Assembly: GCF_009914755.1 (NCBI RefSeq)
Contig: NC_060947.1
Direction: 5' to 3' (one strand)
From: the human T2T-CHM13v2.0 reference genome, Homo sapiens
Length of the DNA: 64,000 nucleotides
Shown: positions 33,801 to 48,800 of the stretch, in pieces
Layout of the letters: every line of letters starts with the position of its first letter
Numbering within the stretch: the first letter of the stretch is position 1
Notes under the pieces: generated by a model
Databases searched by the model: none
Told to the model about the DNA's origin: nothing
What the model saw: only the letters and a program-made list of their open reading frames with translations
Made by a program: the position numbers and the translations under genes

Positions 33801-36800
33801 CTTTACTACCACAGGCCTCAAAGCGGTCCAAATCTCCACTTGCAGATTCTACAAAAAGAGTGTCTGCAAACTGCTCTATCAAAAGGAATGTTCAACTCTG
33901 GGAGTTGAATGCAATCATCACAGAGCAGTTTCTGAGAATGCTTCTATGTGGTTTTTAGGAGAAGATATTTCCTTTTCCAACACAGTCCTCCAAGCCCGCT
34001 AAATATCCACTTGCACATTGTAGAAAAAGTGTGTCGAAGCTGCGCTATCAAAGGGAAAGTTCAACTCTGTGAGGTGAATGCAAACATCCCAAAGAAGTTT
34101 CTGAGAATGCTTCCGTTTAGCTTTTAGGTGAAGATTATCCCGTTTCCAACGAAATCTTCAAAGAGGTCCAAATATCCCCTTGCGGATCCCACAGAAAGAG
34201 TGTTTCGAAACTGCTGTTTCAAAAGGAATCTTCAACTCTGTGAGTTGAATGCAATCATCACAAAGAAGTTTCTGACAATGCTTCTCTCTCGTCTTTCTGT
34301 GAAGATAAAGGAAAAGGCTTTCAGGCCTTTTCCACCACAGGCCTGAAAGCGCTCCAAATGTCCACTTGCAGATTCTGCCAAAAGAATATTTGAAAACTGC
34401 TCTATGAAAAGCAATGTTAAACTCTGTGGCTCGAACACAAACATCACAAAGCAGTTTCTGAGAATGCTTCAGTTTAGTTTTTCTGTGGAAATATTCCCGT
34501 TTCCAAAGAAATCTTCAAAGAGGTCCACGTATCCACTTACAGATTCTACAAAAAGACAGTTTCAAAACTGCTCAATCAAAAGGAGGGTTCAACTGTGTGA
34601 CTTGAATGCAATCATCACTCAGAAGTTTCTGAGAACGCTTCTCTTTAGTTTTTACGTGAACATATACCCGTTTCGAACGAAGGCCAGCCAGTGGTCCAAA
34701 TATCCACTTGCAGATTCTACAGAAAGAGTGTTTCGAACCTGAACACTCAAAGGCAGGTTCATCTCTGCGAGTTAAATGCATTCATCATGAAGAACTTTCT
34801 CAGCGTGTTTGTGTTTAGTTATGGGAAATTATTCCCTTTTCCAACGAAATCCTCAGAGAGCTCCAAATATCCACCTGCAGATTCTACCAAAAGTGTATTT
34901 GGAAACTGCTCCATCAAAAGGCATGTTCAGCTCTGTGAGTGAAACTCCATCATCACAAAGAATATTCTGAGAATGCTTCCGTTTGCCTTTTATATGAAGT
35001 TCCTTCCTATATTACCGTAGGCCTCAAAGCAGTCCAAATCTCCATTTGCAGATTCTACAAAAAGAGTGACTCCAATCTGCTCTATCAATAGGATTGTTCA
35101 ACTCCATGAGTTGAATGCCATCCTCACAAAGTCGTTTCTGAGAATGCTTCTATCTAGTTTTTATGTGAAGATATTTCCTTTTCCACCACAGGCCTCAAAG
35201 CCCTCCAAACGTCCACTTGCAGATTCTCGAAAAAGAGGGTTTCATAGCTGCTCTTTCAAAAGGAAAGTTCAACTCTGGGAGTTGAATACAAACATCACAA
35301 AGTAGTTTCCGAGAATGCTTCTGTTTAGTTCTTATGTGAAGATGATCCCGTTTCCAGTGAAATCTTCAAAGAGGTCCACATATCCCCTTGCAGATTCCAA
35401 AGAAAGAGGGTTTCAAAACTGCTCCATCAAAAGGATTGTTCAACTCTGTGAGTTGAATGCAGTCATCGCAGAAAACTTTCTGAGAATGCTTCTGTCTAGG
35501 TTTGATGTGAAGATATAGACGTTTCAAACGAAGGCTACAAAGTGGTCAAAATATACACTTGCAGATTCTACTACAAGGGTGATGCAAACCTGAACTATCA
35601 AAGGAAGGTTCAACTCTGTGAGTTGAATACAAACATCACAAAGAATGTTCTGAGTTTGCATCCGTTCAGTTATGGGCAGTTGATCCCGTTTCCAACGAAA
35701 TCCTCAGAGAGGTCCAAATATCCCCTTGCAGATTCTACAAAACGTGTGTTTGGAAACTGCTCCATCATAACGAATGTTCAGCTCTCTGAGTTAAACTGCA
35801 TCGTCACAAAGAATTTTCTGAGAGTGCTACCGTCTAGTTTTTATATGAAGTTCTTTCCTTTACTACCACCGGCCTCAAAGCGGTCCAAATCTCCACTTGC
35901 AGATTCTACAAAAAGAGTGTTTGCAAACTGCTCTATCAAAAGGAATGTTCAACTCTGGGAGTTGAATGCAATCATCACAGAGCAGTTTCTGAGAATGCTT
36001 CTATGTCGTTTTTAGGAGAAGATATTTCCTTTTCCAACACAGTCCTCCAAGCCGGCTAAATATCCACTTGCACATTGTAGAAAAAGTGTGTCGAAGCTGC
36101 GCTATCAAAGGGAAAGTTCAACTCTGTGAGGTGAATGCAAACATCCCAACGAAGTTTCTGAGAATGCTTCCATTTAGCTTTTAGGTGAAGATTATCCCGT
36201 TTCCAACGAAATCTTCAAAGAGGTCCAAATATCCCCCTGCGGATCCCACAGAAAGAGTGTTTCGAAACTGCTGTTTCAAAAGGAATCTTCAACTCTGTGA
36301 GTTGAATGCAATCATCACAAAGAAGTTTCTGACAATGCTTCTCTCTCGTCTTTCTGTGAAGATAAAGGAAAAGGCTTTCAGGCCTTTTCCACCACAGGCC
36401 TGAAAGCGCTCCAAATGTCCACTTGCAGATTCTGCCAAAAGAATATTTCAAAACTGCTCTATGAAAAGCAATGTTAAACTCTGTGGCTCGAACACAAACA
36501 TCACAAAGCCGTTTCTGAGAATGCTTCAGTTTACTTTTTCTGTGGAAGTATTCCCGTTTCCAAAGAAATCTTCAAAGAGGTCCACGCATCCACTTACAGA
36601 TTCTACAAAAAGACAGTTTCAAAACTGCTCAATCAAAAGGAGGGTTCAACTGTGGGACTTGAATGCAATCATCACTCAGAAGTTTCTGAGAACGCTTCTC
36701 TTTAGTTTTTACGTGAACATATACCCGTTTCGAACGAAGGCCACCCTGTGGTCCAAATATCCACTTGCAGATTCTACAGAAAGAGTGTTTCGAACCTGAA

Positions 36801-39800
36801 CTCTCAAAGGCAGGTTCATCTCTGCGAGTTAAATGCATTCATCATGAAGAACTTTCTCAGCGTGTTTGTGTTTAGTTATGGGAAATTATTCCCGTTTCCA
36901 ACGAAATCCTCAGAGAGGTCCAAATATCCACCTGCAGATTCTACCAATAGTTTATTTGGAAACTGCTCCATCAAAAGGCATGTTCAGCTCTGTGAGTGAA
37001 ACTCCATCATCACAAAGAATATTCTGAGAATGCTTCCGTTTGCCTTTTATATGAAGTTCCTTCCTATACTACCGTAGGCCTCAAAGCAGTCCAAATCTCC
37101 ATTTGCAGATTCTACAAAAAGAGTGATTCCAATCTGCTCTATCAATAGGATTGTTCAACTCCATGAGTTGAATGCCATCCTCAAAAAGTCTTTTCTGAGA
37201 ATGCTTCTATCTAGTTTTCATGTGAAGATATTTCCTTTTCCACCACAGGCCTCAAAGCCCTCCAAACGTCCACTTGCAGATTCTCGAAAAAGTGTGTTTC
37301 ATAGCTGCTCTTTCAAAAGGAAAGTTCAACTCTGGGAGTTGAATACAAACATCACAAAGTAGTTTCCGAGAATGCTTCTGTTTAGTTCTTATGTGAAGAT
37401 GATCCCGTTTCCAGTGAAATCTTCAAAGAGGTCCACATATCCCCTTGCAGATTCCAAAGAAAGAGGGTTTCAAAACTGCTCCATCAAAAGGAGTGTTCAA
37501 CTCTGTGAGTTGAATGCAGTCATCGCAGAAAACTTTCTGAGAATGCTTCTGTCTAGGTTTGATGTGAAGATATAGACGTTTCAAACGAAGGCTACTAAGT
37601 GGTCAAAATATACACTTGCAGATTCTACTACAAGGGTGATGCAAACCTGAACTATCAAAGGAAGGTTCAACTCTGTGAGTTGAATACAAACATCACAAAG
37701 AATGTTCTGAGTTTGCTTCCGTTTAGTTATGGGAAGTTGATCCCGTTTCCAACGAAATCCTCAGAGAGGTCCAAATATCCCCTTGCAGATTCTACAAAAC
37801 GTGTGTTTGGAAACTGCTCCATCATAACGAATGTTCAGCTCTCTGAGTTAAACTCCATCGTCACAAAGAATTTTCTGAGAGTGCTACCGTCTAGTTTTTA
37901 TATGAAGTTCTTTCCTTTACTACCACAGGCCTCAAAGCGGTCCAAATCTCCACTTGCAGATTCTACAAAAAGAGTGTCTGCAAACTGCTCTATCAAAAGG
38001 AATGTTCAACTCTGGGAGTTGAATGCAATCATCACAGAGCAGTTTCTTAGAATGCTTCTATGTCGTTTTTAGGAGAAGATATTTCCTTTTCCAACACAGT
38101 CCTCCAAGCCCGCTAAATATCCACTTGCACATTGTAGAAAAAGTGTGTCGAAGCTGCGCTATCAAAGGGAAAGTTCAACTCTGTGAGGTGAATGCAAACA
38201 TCCCAAAGAAGTTTCTGAGAATGCTTCCGTTTAGCTTTTAGGTGAAGATTATCCCGTTTCCAACGAAATCTTCAAAGAGGTCCAAATATCCCCTTGCGGA
38301 TCCCACAGAAAGAGTGTTTCGAAACTGCTGTTTCAAAAGGAATCTTCAACTCTGTGAGTTGAATGCAATCATCACAAAGAAGTTTCTGACAATGCTTCTC
38401 TCTCGTCTTTCTGTGAAGATAAAGGAAAAGGCTTTCAGGCCTTTTCCACCACAGGCCTGAAAGCGCTCCAAATGTCCACTTGCAGATTCTGCCAAAAGAA
38501 TATTTCAAAACGGCTCTATGAAAAGCAATGTTAAACTCTGTGGCTCGAACACAAACATCACAAAGCAGTTTCTGAGAATGCTTCAGTTTAGTTTTTCTGT
38601 GGAAATATTCCCGTTTCCAAAGAAATCTTCAAAGAGGTCCACGCATCCACTTACAGATTCTACAAAAAGACAGTTTCAAAACTGCTCAATCAAAAGGAGG
38701 GTTCAACTCTGTGACTTGAATGCAATCATCACTCAGAAGTTTCTGAGAACGCTTCTCTTTAGTTTTTACGTGAACATATACCCGTTTCGAACGAAGGTCA
38801 GCCAGTGGTCCAAATATCCACTTGCAGATTCTACAGAAAGAGTGTTTCGAACATGAACTCTCAAAGGCAGGTCCATCTCTGCGAGTTAAATGCATTCATC
38901 ATGAAGAACTTTCTCAGCGTGTTTGTGTTTAGTTATGGGAAATTATTCCCGTTTCCAACGAAATCCTCAGAGAGGTCCAAATATCCACCTGCAGATTCTA
39001 CCAAAAGTATATTTGGAAACTGCTCCATCAAAAGGCATGTTCAGCTCTGTGAGTGAAACTCCATCATCACAAAGAATATTCTGAGAATGCTTCCGTTTGC
39101 CTTTTATATGAAGTTCCTTCCTATACTACCGTAGGCCTCAAAGCAGTCCAAATCTCCATTTGCAGATTCTACAAAAAGAGTGATTCCAATCTGCTCTATC
39201 AATAGGATTGTTCAACTCCATGAGTTGAATGCCATCCTCACAAAGTCGTTTCTGAGAATGCTTCTATCTAGTTTTTATGTGAAGATATTTCCTTTTCCAC
39301 CACAGGCCTCAAAGCCCTCCAAACGTCCACTTGCAGATTCTCGAAAAAGAGTGTTTCATAGCTGCTCTTTCAAAAGGAAAGTTTAACTCTGGGAGTTGAA
39401 TACAAACATCACAAAGTAGTTTCCGAGAATGCTTCTGTTTAGTTCTTATGTGAAGATGATCCCGTTTCCAGTGAAATCTTCAAAGAGGTCCACATATCCC
39501 CTTGCAGATTCCAAAGAAAGAGGGTTTCAAAACTGCTCCATCAAAAGGATTGTTCAACTCTGTGAGTTGAATGCAGTCATCGCAGAAAACTTTCTGAGAA
39601 TGCTTCTGTCTAGGTTTGATGTGAAGATATAGACGTTTCAAACGAAGGCTACAAAGTGGTCAAAATATACACTTGCAGATTCTACTACAAGGGTGATGCA
39701 AACCTGAACTATCAAAGGAAGGTTCAACTCTGTGAGTTGAATACAAACATCACAAAGAATGTTCTGAGTTTGCTTCCGTTCAGTTATGGGAAGTTGATCC

Positions 39801-42800
39801 CGTTTCCAACGAAATCCTCAGAGAGGTCCAAATATCCCCTTGCAGATTCTACAAAACGTGTGTTTGGAAACTGCTCCATCATAACGAATGTTCAGCTCTC
39901 TGAGTTAAACTCCATCGTCACAAAGAATTTTCTGAGAGTGCTACCGTCTACTTTTTATATGAAGTTCTTTCCTTTACTACCACAGGCCTCAAAGCGGTCC
40001 AAATCTCCACTTGCAGATTCTACAAAAAGAGTGTTTGCAAACTGCTCTATCAAAAGGAATGTTCAACTCTGGGAGTTGAATGCAATCATCACAGAGCAGT
40101 TTCTGAGAATGCTTCTATGTCGTTTTTAGGAGAAGATATTTCCTTTTCCAACACAGTCCTCCAAGCCCACTAAATATCCACTTGCACATTGTAGAAAAAG
40201 TGTGTCGAAGCTGCGCTATCAAAGGGAAAGTTCAACTCTGTGAGGTGAATGCAAACATCCCAAAGAAGTTTCTGAGAATGCTTCCGTTTAGCTTTTAGGT
40301 GAAGATTATCCCGTTTCCAACGAAATCTTCAAAGAGGTCCAAATATCCCCTTGCGGATCCCACAGAAAGAGTGTTTCGAAACTGCTGTTTCAAAAGGAAT
40401 CTTCAACTCTGTGACTTGAATGCAATCATCACAAAGAAGTTTCTGACAATGCTTCTCTCTCGTCTTTCTGTGAAGATAAAGGAAAAGGCTTTCAGGCCTT
40501 TTCCACCACAGGCCTGAAAGCGCTCCAAATGTCCACTTGCAGATTCTGCCAAAAGAATATTTCAAAACTGCTCTATGAAAAGCAATGTTAAACTCTGTGG
40601 CTCGAACACAAACATCACAAAGCAGTTTCTGAGAATGCTTCAGTTTACTTTTTCTGTGGAAATATTCCCGTTTCCAAAGAAATCTTCAAAGAGGTCCACG
40701 CATCCACTTACAGATTCTACAAAAAGACAGTTTCAAAACTGCTCAATCAAAAGAAGGGTTCAACTGTGTGACTTGAATGCAATCATCACTCAGAAGTTTC
40801 TGAGAACGCTTCTCTTTAGTTTTTACGTGAACATATACCCGTTTCGAACGAAGGCCAGCCAGTGGTCCAAATATCCACTTGCAGATTCTACAGAAAGAGT
40901 GTTTCGAAACTGAACTCTCAAAGGCAGGTTCATCTCTGCGAGTTAAATGCATTCATCATGAAGAACTTTCTCAGCGTGTTTGTGTTTAGTTATGGGAAAT
41001 TATTCCCTTTTCCAACTAAATCCTCAGAGAGGTCCAAATATCCACCTGCAGATTCTACCAAAAGTGTATTTGGAAACTGCTCCATCAAAAGGCATGTTCA
41101 GCTCTGTGAGTGAAACTCCATCATCGCAAAGAATATTCTGAGAATGCTTCCGTTTGCCTTTTATATGAAGTTCCTTCCTATACTACCGTAGGCCTCAAAG
41201 CAGTCCAAATCTCCATTTGCAGATTCTACAAAAAGAGTGATTCCAATCTGCTCTATCAATAGGATTGTTCAACTCCATGAGTTGAATGCCATCCTCACAA
41301 AGTCGTTTCTGAGAATGCTTCTATGTAGTTTTTATGTGAAGATATTTCCTTTTCCACCACAGGCCTCAAAGCCCTCCAAACGTCCACTTGCAGATTCTCG
41401 AAAAAGAGTGTTTCATAGCTGCTCTTTCAAAAGGAAAGTTCAACTCTGGGAGTTGAATACAAACATCACAAAGTAGTTTCCGAGAATGCTTCTGTTTAGT
41501 TCTTATGTGAAGATGATCCCGTTTCCAGTGAAATCTTCAAAGAGGTCCACATATCCCCTTGCAGATTCCAAAGAAAGAGGGTTTCAAAACTGCTCCATCA
41601 AAAGGATTGTTCAACTCGGTGAGTTGAATGCAGTCATCGCAGAAAACTTTCTGAGAATGCTTCTGTCTAGGTTTGATGTGAAGATATAGACGTTTCAAAC
41701 GAAGGCTACAAAGTGGTCAAAATATACACTTGCAGATTCTACTACAAGGGTGATGCAAACCTGAACTATCAAAGGAAGGTTCAACTCTGTGAGTTGAATA
41801 CAAACATCACAAAGAATGTTCTGAGTTTCCTTCCATTCAGTTATGGGAAGTTGATCCCGTTCCCAACGAAATCCTCAGAGAGGTCCAAATATCCCCTTGC
41901 AGATTCTACAAAACGTGTGTTTTGAAACTGCTCCATCATAACGAATGTTCAGCTCTCTGAGTTAAACTCCATCGTCACAAAGAATTTTCTGAGAGTGCTA
42001 CCGTCTAGTTTTTATAGGAAGTTCTTTCCATTACTACCACAGGCCTCAAAGCGGTCCAAATCTCCACTTGCAGATTCTACAAAAAGAGTGTTTGCAAACT
42101 GCTCTATCAAAAGGAATGTTCAACTCTGGGAGTTGAATGCAATCATCACAGAGCAGTTTCTGAGAATGCTTCTATGTCGTTTTTAGGAGAAGATATTTCC
42201 TTTTCCAACACAGTCTTCCAAGCCCGCTAACTATCCACTTGCACATTGTAGAAAAAGTGTGTCGAAGCTGCGCTATCAAAGGGAAAGTTCAACTCTGTGA
42301 GGTGAATGCAAACATCCCAAAGAAGTTTCTGAGAATGCTTCCGTTTAGCTTTTAGGTGAAGATTATCCCGTTTCCAACGAAATCTTCAAAGAGGTCCAAA
42401 TATCCCCTTGCGGATCCCACAGAAAGAGTGTTTCGAAACTGCTGTTTCAAAAGGAATCTTCAACTCTGTGAGTTGAATGCAATCATCACAAAGAAGTTTC
42501 TGACAATGCTTCTCTCTCGTCTTTCTGTGAAGATAAAGGAAAAGGCTTTCAGGCCTTTTCCATCACAGGCCTGAAAGCGCTCCAAATGTCCACTTGCAGA
42601 TTCTGCCAAAAGAATATTTCAAAACTGCTCTATGAAAAGCAATGTTAAACTCTGCGGCTCGAACACAAACATCACAAAGCAGTTTCTGAGAATGCTTCAG
42701 TTTAGTTTTTCTGTGGAAATATTCCCGTTTCCAAAGAAATCTTCAAAGAGGTCCACGCATCCACTTACAGATTCTACAAAAAGACAGTTTCAAAACTGCT

Positions 42801-45800
42801 CAATCAAAAGGAGGGTTCAACTGTGTGACTTGAATGCAATCATCAGTCAGAAGTTTCTGAGAACGCTTCTCTTTAGTTTTTACGTGAACATATACCCGTT
42901 TCGAACGAAGGCCAGCCAGTGGTCCAAATATCCACTTGCAGATTCTACAGAAAGAGTGTTTCGAACCTGAACTCTCAAAGGCAGGTTCATCTCTGCGAGT
43001 TAAATGCATTCATCATGAAGAACTTTCTCAGCGTGTTTGTGTTTAGTTATGGGAAATTATTCCCGTTTCCAACGAAATCCTAAGAGAGCTCCAAATATCC
43101 ACCTGCAGATTCTACCAAAAGTGTATTTGGAAACTGCTCCATCAAAAGGTATGTTCAGCTCTGTGAGTGAAACTCCATCATCACAAAGAATATTCTGAGA
43201 ATGCTTCCGTTTGCCTTTTATATGAAGTTCCTTCCTATACTACCGTAGGCCTCAAAGCAGTCCAAATCTCCATTTGCAGATTCTACAAAAATAGTGATTC
43301 CAATCTGCTCTATCAATAGGATTGTTCAACTCCATGAGTTGAATGCCATCCTCATAAAGTAGTTTCTGAGAATGCTTCTATCTAGTTTTTATGTGAAGAT
43401 ATTTCCTTTTCCACCACAGGCCTCAAAGCCCTCCAAACGTCCACTTGCAGATTCTCGAAAAAGAGGGTTTCATAGCTGCTCTTTCAAAAGGAAAGTTCAA
43501 CTCTGGGAGCTGAATACAAACATCACAAAGTAGTTTCCGAGAATGCTTCTGTTTAGTTCTTATGTGAAGATGATCCCGTTTCCAGTGAAATCTTCAAAGA
43601 GGTCCACATATCCCCTTGCAGATTCCAAAGAAAGAGGGTTTCAAAACTGCTCCATCAAAAGGATTGTTCAACTCTGTGAGTTGAATGCAGTCATCGCAGA
43701 AAACTTTCTGAGAATGCTTCTGTCTAGGTTTGATGTGAAGATATAGACGTTTCAAACGAAGGCTACAAAGTGGTCAAAATATACACTTGCAGATTCTACT
43801 ACAAGGGTGTTGCAAACCTGAACTATCAAAGGAAGGTTCAACTCTGTGAGTTGAATACAAACATCGCAAAGAATGTTCTGAGTTTGCTTCCGTTCAGTTA
43901 TGGGAAGTTGATCCCTTTCCAACGAAATCCTCAGAGAGGTCCAAATATCCCCTTGCAGATTCTACAAAACGTGTGTTTGGAAACTGCTCCATCATAACGA
44001 ATGTTCAGCTCTCTGAGTTAAACTCCATCGTCACAAAGAATTTTCTGAGAGTGCTACCGTCTAGTTTTTATATGAAGTTCTTTCCTTTACTACCACAGGC
44101 CTCAAAGCGGTCCAAATCTCCACTTGCAGATTCTACAAAAAGAGTGTCTGCAAACTGCTCTATCAAAAGGAATGTTCAACTCTGGGAGTTGAATGCAATC
44201 ATCACAGAGCAGTTTCTGAGAATGCTTCTATGTCGTTTTTAGGAGAAGATATATCCTTTTCCAACACAGTCCTCCAAGCCCGCTAAATATCCACTTGCAC
44301 ATGTAGAAAAAGTGTGTCGAAGCTGCGCTATCAAAGGGAAAGTTCAAATCTGTGAGGTGAATGCAAACATCCCAAAGAAGTTTCTGAGAATGCTTCCGTT
44401 TAGCTTTTAGGTGAAGATTATCCCGTTTCCAACGAAATCTTCAAAGAGGTCCAAATATCCCCTTGCGGATCCCACAGAAAGAGTGTTTCGAAACTGCTGT
44501 TTCAAAAGGAATCTTCAACTCTGTGAGTTGAATGCAATCATCACAAAGAAGTTTCTGACAATGCTTCTCTCTCGTCTTTCTGTGAAGATAAAGGAAAAGG
44601 CTTTCAGGCCTTTTCCACCACAGGCCTGAAAGCGCTCCAAATGTCCACTTGCAGATTCTGCCAAAAGAATATTTCAAAACTGCTCTATGAAAAGCAATGT
44701 TAAACTCTGCGGCTCGAACACAAACATCACAAAGCAGTTTCTGAGAATGCTTCAGTTTAGTTTTTCTGTGGAAATATTCCCGTTTCCAAAGAAATCTTCA
44801 AAGAGGTCCACGCATCCACTTACAGATTCTACAAAAAGACAGTTTCAAAACTGCTCAATCAAAAGGAGGGTTCAACTGTGTGACTTGAATGCAATCATCA
44901 CTCAGAAGTTTCTGAGAACGCTTCTCTTTAGTTTTTACGTGAACATATACCCGTTTCGAATGAAGGCCACCCAGTGGTCCAAATATCCACTTGCAGATTC
45001 TACAGAAAGAGTGTTTCGAACCTGAACTCTCAAAGGCAGGTTCATCTCTGTGAGTTAAATGCATTCATCATGAAGAACTTTCTCAGCGTGTTTGTGTTTA
45101 GTTATGGGAAATTATTCCCGTTTCCAACGAAATCCTCAGAGAGCTCCAAATATCCACCTGCAGATTCTACCAAAAGTGTATTTGGAAACTGCTCCATCAA
45201 AAGGTATGTTCAGCTCTGTGAGTGAAACTCCATCATCACAAAGAATATTCTGAGAATGCTTCCGTTTGCCTTTTATATGAAGTTCCTTCCTATACTACCG
45301 TAGGCCTCAAAGCAGTCCAAATCTCCATTTGCAGATTCTACAAAAAGAGTGATTCCAATCTGCTCTATCAATAGGATTGTTCAACTCCATGAGTTGAATG
45401 CCATGCTCACAAAGTCGTTTCTGAGAATGCTTCTATCTAGTTTTTATGTGAAGATATTTCCTTTTCCACCACAGGCCTCAAAGCCCTCCAAACGTCCACT
45501 TGCAGATTCTCGAAAAAGTGTGTTTCATAGCTGCTCTTTCAAAAGGAAAGTTCAACTCTGGGAGCTGAATACAAACATCACAAAGTAGTTTCCGAGAATG
45601 CTTCTGTTTAGTTCTTATGTGAAGATGATCCCGTTTCCAGTGAAATCTTCAAAGAGGTCCACATATCCCCTTGCAGATTCCAAAGAAAGAGGGTTTCAAA
45701 ACTGCTCCATCAAAAGGATTGTTCAACTCTGTGAGTTGAATGCAGTCATCGCAGAAAACTTTCTGAGAATGCTTCTGTCTAGGTTTGATGTGAAGATATA

Positions 45801-48800
45801 GACGTTTCAAACGAAGGCTACAAAGTGGTCAACATATACACTTGCAGATTCTACTACAAGGGTGATGCAAACCTGAACTATCAAAGGAAGGTTCAACTCT
45901 GTGAGTTGAATACAAACATCACAAAGAATGTTCTGAGTTTGCTACCGTTCAGTTATGGGAAGTTGATCCCGTTTCCAACGAAATCCTCAGAGAGGTCCAA
46001 ATATCCCCTTGCAGATTCTACAAAACGTGTGTTTGGAAACTGCTCCATCATAACGAATGTTCAGCTCTCTGAGTTAAACTCCATCGTCACAAAGAATTTT
46101 CTGAGAGTGCTACCGTCTAGTTTTTATATGAAGTTCTTTCCTTTACTACCACAGGCCTCAAGGCGGTCCAAATCTCCACTTGCAGATTCTACAAAAAGAG
46201 TGTTTGCAAACTGCTCTATCAAAAGGAATGTTCAACTCTGGGAGTTGAATGCAATCATCACAGAGCAGTTTCTGAGAATGCTTCTATGTCGTTTTTAGGA
46301 GAAGATACTTCCTTTTCCAACACAGTCCTCGAAGCCCGCTAAATATCCACTTGCACATTGTAGAAAAAGTGTGTCGAAGCTGCGCTATCAAAGGGAAAGT
46401 TCAACTCTGTGAGGTGAATGCAAACATCCCAAAGAAGTTTCTGAGAATGCTTCCGTTTAGCTTTTAGGTGAAGATTATCCCGTTTCCAACGAAATCTTCA
46501 AAGAGGTCCAAATATCCCCCTGCGGATCCCACAGAAAGAGTGTTTCGAAACTGCTGTTTCAAAAGGAATCTTCAACTCTGTGAGTTGAATGCAATCATCA
46601 CAAAGAAGTTTCTGACAATGCTTCTCTCTCGTCTTTCTGTGAAGATTAAGGAAAAGGCTTTCAGGCCTTTTCCACCACAGGCCTGAAAGGGCTCCAAATG
46701 TCCACTTGCAGATTCTGCCAAAAGAATATTTCAAAACTGCTCTATGAAAAGCAATGTTAAACTCTGTGGCTCGAACACAAACATCACAAAGCAGTTTCTG
46801 AGAATGCTTCAGTTTAGTTTTTCTGTGGAAATATTCCCGTTTCCAAAGAAATCTTCAAAGAGGTCCACGCATCCACTTACAGATTCTACAAAAAGACAGT
46901 TTCAAAACTGCTCAATCAAAAGGAGGGTTCAACTGTGTGACTTGAATGCAATCATCACTCAGAAGTTTCTGAGAAAGCTTCTCTTTAGTTTTTACGTGAA
47001 CATATACCCGTTTCGAACGAAGGCCAGCCAGTGGTCCAAATATCCACTTGCAGATTCTACAGAAAGAGTGTTTCGAACCTGAACTCTCAAAGGCAGGTTC
47101 ATCTCTGCGAGTTAAATGCATTAATCATGAAGAACTTTCTCAGAGTGTTTGTGTTTAGTTATGGGAAATTATTCCCTTTTCCAAAGAAATCCTCAGAGAG
47201 CTCCAAATATCCACCTGCAGATTCTACCAAAAGTGTATTTGGAAACTGCTCCATCAAAAGGTATGTTCAGCTCTGTGAGTGAAACTCCATCATCACAAAG
47301 AATATTCTGAGAATGCTTCCGTTTGCCTTTTATATGAAGTTCCTTCCAATACTACCGTAGGCCTCAAAGCAGTCCAAATCTCCATTTGCAGATTCTACAA
47401 AAAGAGTGATTCCAATCTGCTCTATCAATAGGATTGTTCAAGTCCATGAGTTGAATGCCATCCTCATAAAGTAGTTTCTGAGAATGCTTCTATCTAGTTT
47501 TTATGTGAAGATATTTCCTTTTCCACCACAGGCCTCAAAGCCCTCCAAACGTCCACTTGCAGATTCTCGAAAAAGTGTGTTTCATAGCTGCTCTTTCAAA
47601 AGGAAAGTTCAACTCTGGGAGCTGAATACAAACATCACAAAGTAGTTTCCGAGAATGCTTCTGTTTAGTTCTTATGTGAAGATGATCCCGTTTCCAGTGA
47701 AATCTTCAAAGAGGTCCACATATCCCCTTGCAGATTCCAAAGAAAGAGGGTTTCAAAACTGCTCCATCAAAAGGATTGTTCAACTCTGTGAGTTGAATGC
47801 AGTCATCGCAGAAAACTTTCTGAGAATGCTTCTGTCTAGGTTTGATGTGAAGATATAGACGTTTCAAACGAAGGCTACAAAGTGGTCAAAATATACACTT
47901 GCAGATTCTACTACAAGGGTGATGCAAACCTGAACTATCAAAGGAAGGTTCAACTCTGTGAGTTGAATACAAACATCACAAAGAATGTTCTGAGTTTGCT
48001 ACCGTTCAGTTATGGGAAGTTGATCCCGTTTCCAACGAAATCCTCAGAGAGGTCCAAATATCCCCTTGCAGATTCTACAAAACGTGTGTTTGGAAACTGC
48101 TCCATCATAACGAATGTTCAGCTCTCTGAGTTAAACTCCATCGTCACAAAGAATTTTCTGAGAGTGCTACCGTCTAGTTTTTATATGAAGTTCTTTCCTT
48201 TACTACCACAGGCCTCAAGGCGGTCCAAATCTCCACTTGCAGATTCTTCAAAAAGAGTGTTTGCAAACTGCTCTATCAAAAGGAATGTTCAACTCTGGGA
48301 GTTGAATGCAATCATCACAGAGCAGTTTCTGAGAATGCTTCTATGTCGTTTTTAGGAGAAGATACTTCCTTTTCCAACACAGTCCTCCAAGCCCGCTAAA
48401 TATCCACTTGCACATTGTAGAAAAAGTGTGTCGAAGCTGCGCTATCAAAGGGAAAGTTCAACTCTGTGAGGTGAATGCAAACATCCCAAAGAAGTTTCTG
48501 AGAATGCTTCCGTTTAGCTTTTAGGTGAAGATTATCCCGTTTCCAACGAAATCTTCAAAGAGGTCCAAATATCCCCCTGCGGATCCCACAGAAAGAGTGT
48601 TTCGAAACTGCTGTTTCAAAAGGAATCTTCAACTCTGTGAGTTGAATGCAATCATCACAAAGAAGTTTCTGACAATGCTTCTCTCTCGTCTTTCTGTGAA
48701 GATTAAGGAAAAGGCTTTCAGGCCTTTTCCACCACAGGCCTGAAAGCGCTCCAAATGTCCACTTGCAGATTCTGCCAAAAGAATATTTCAAAACTGCTCT

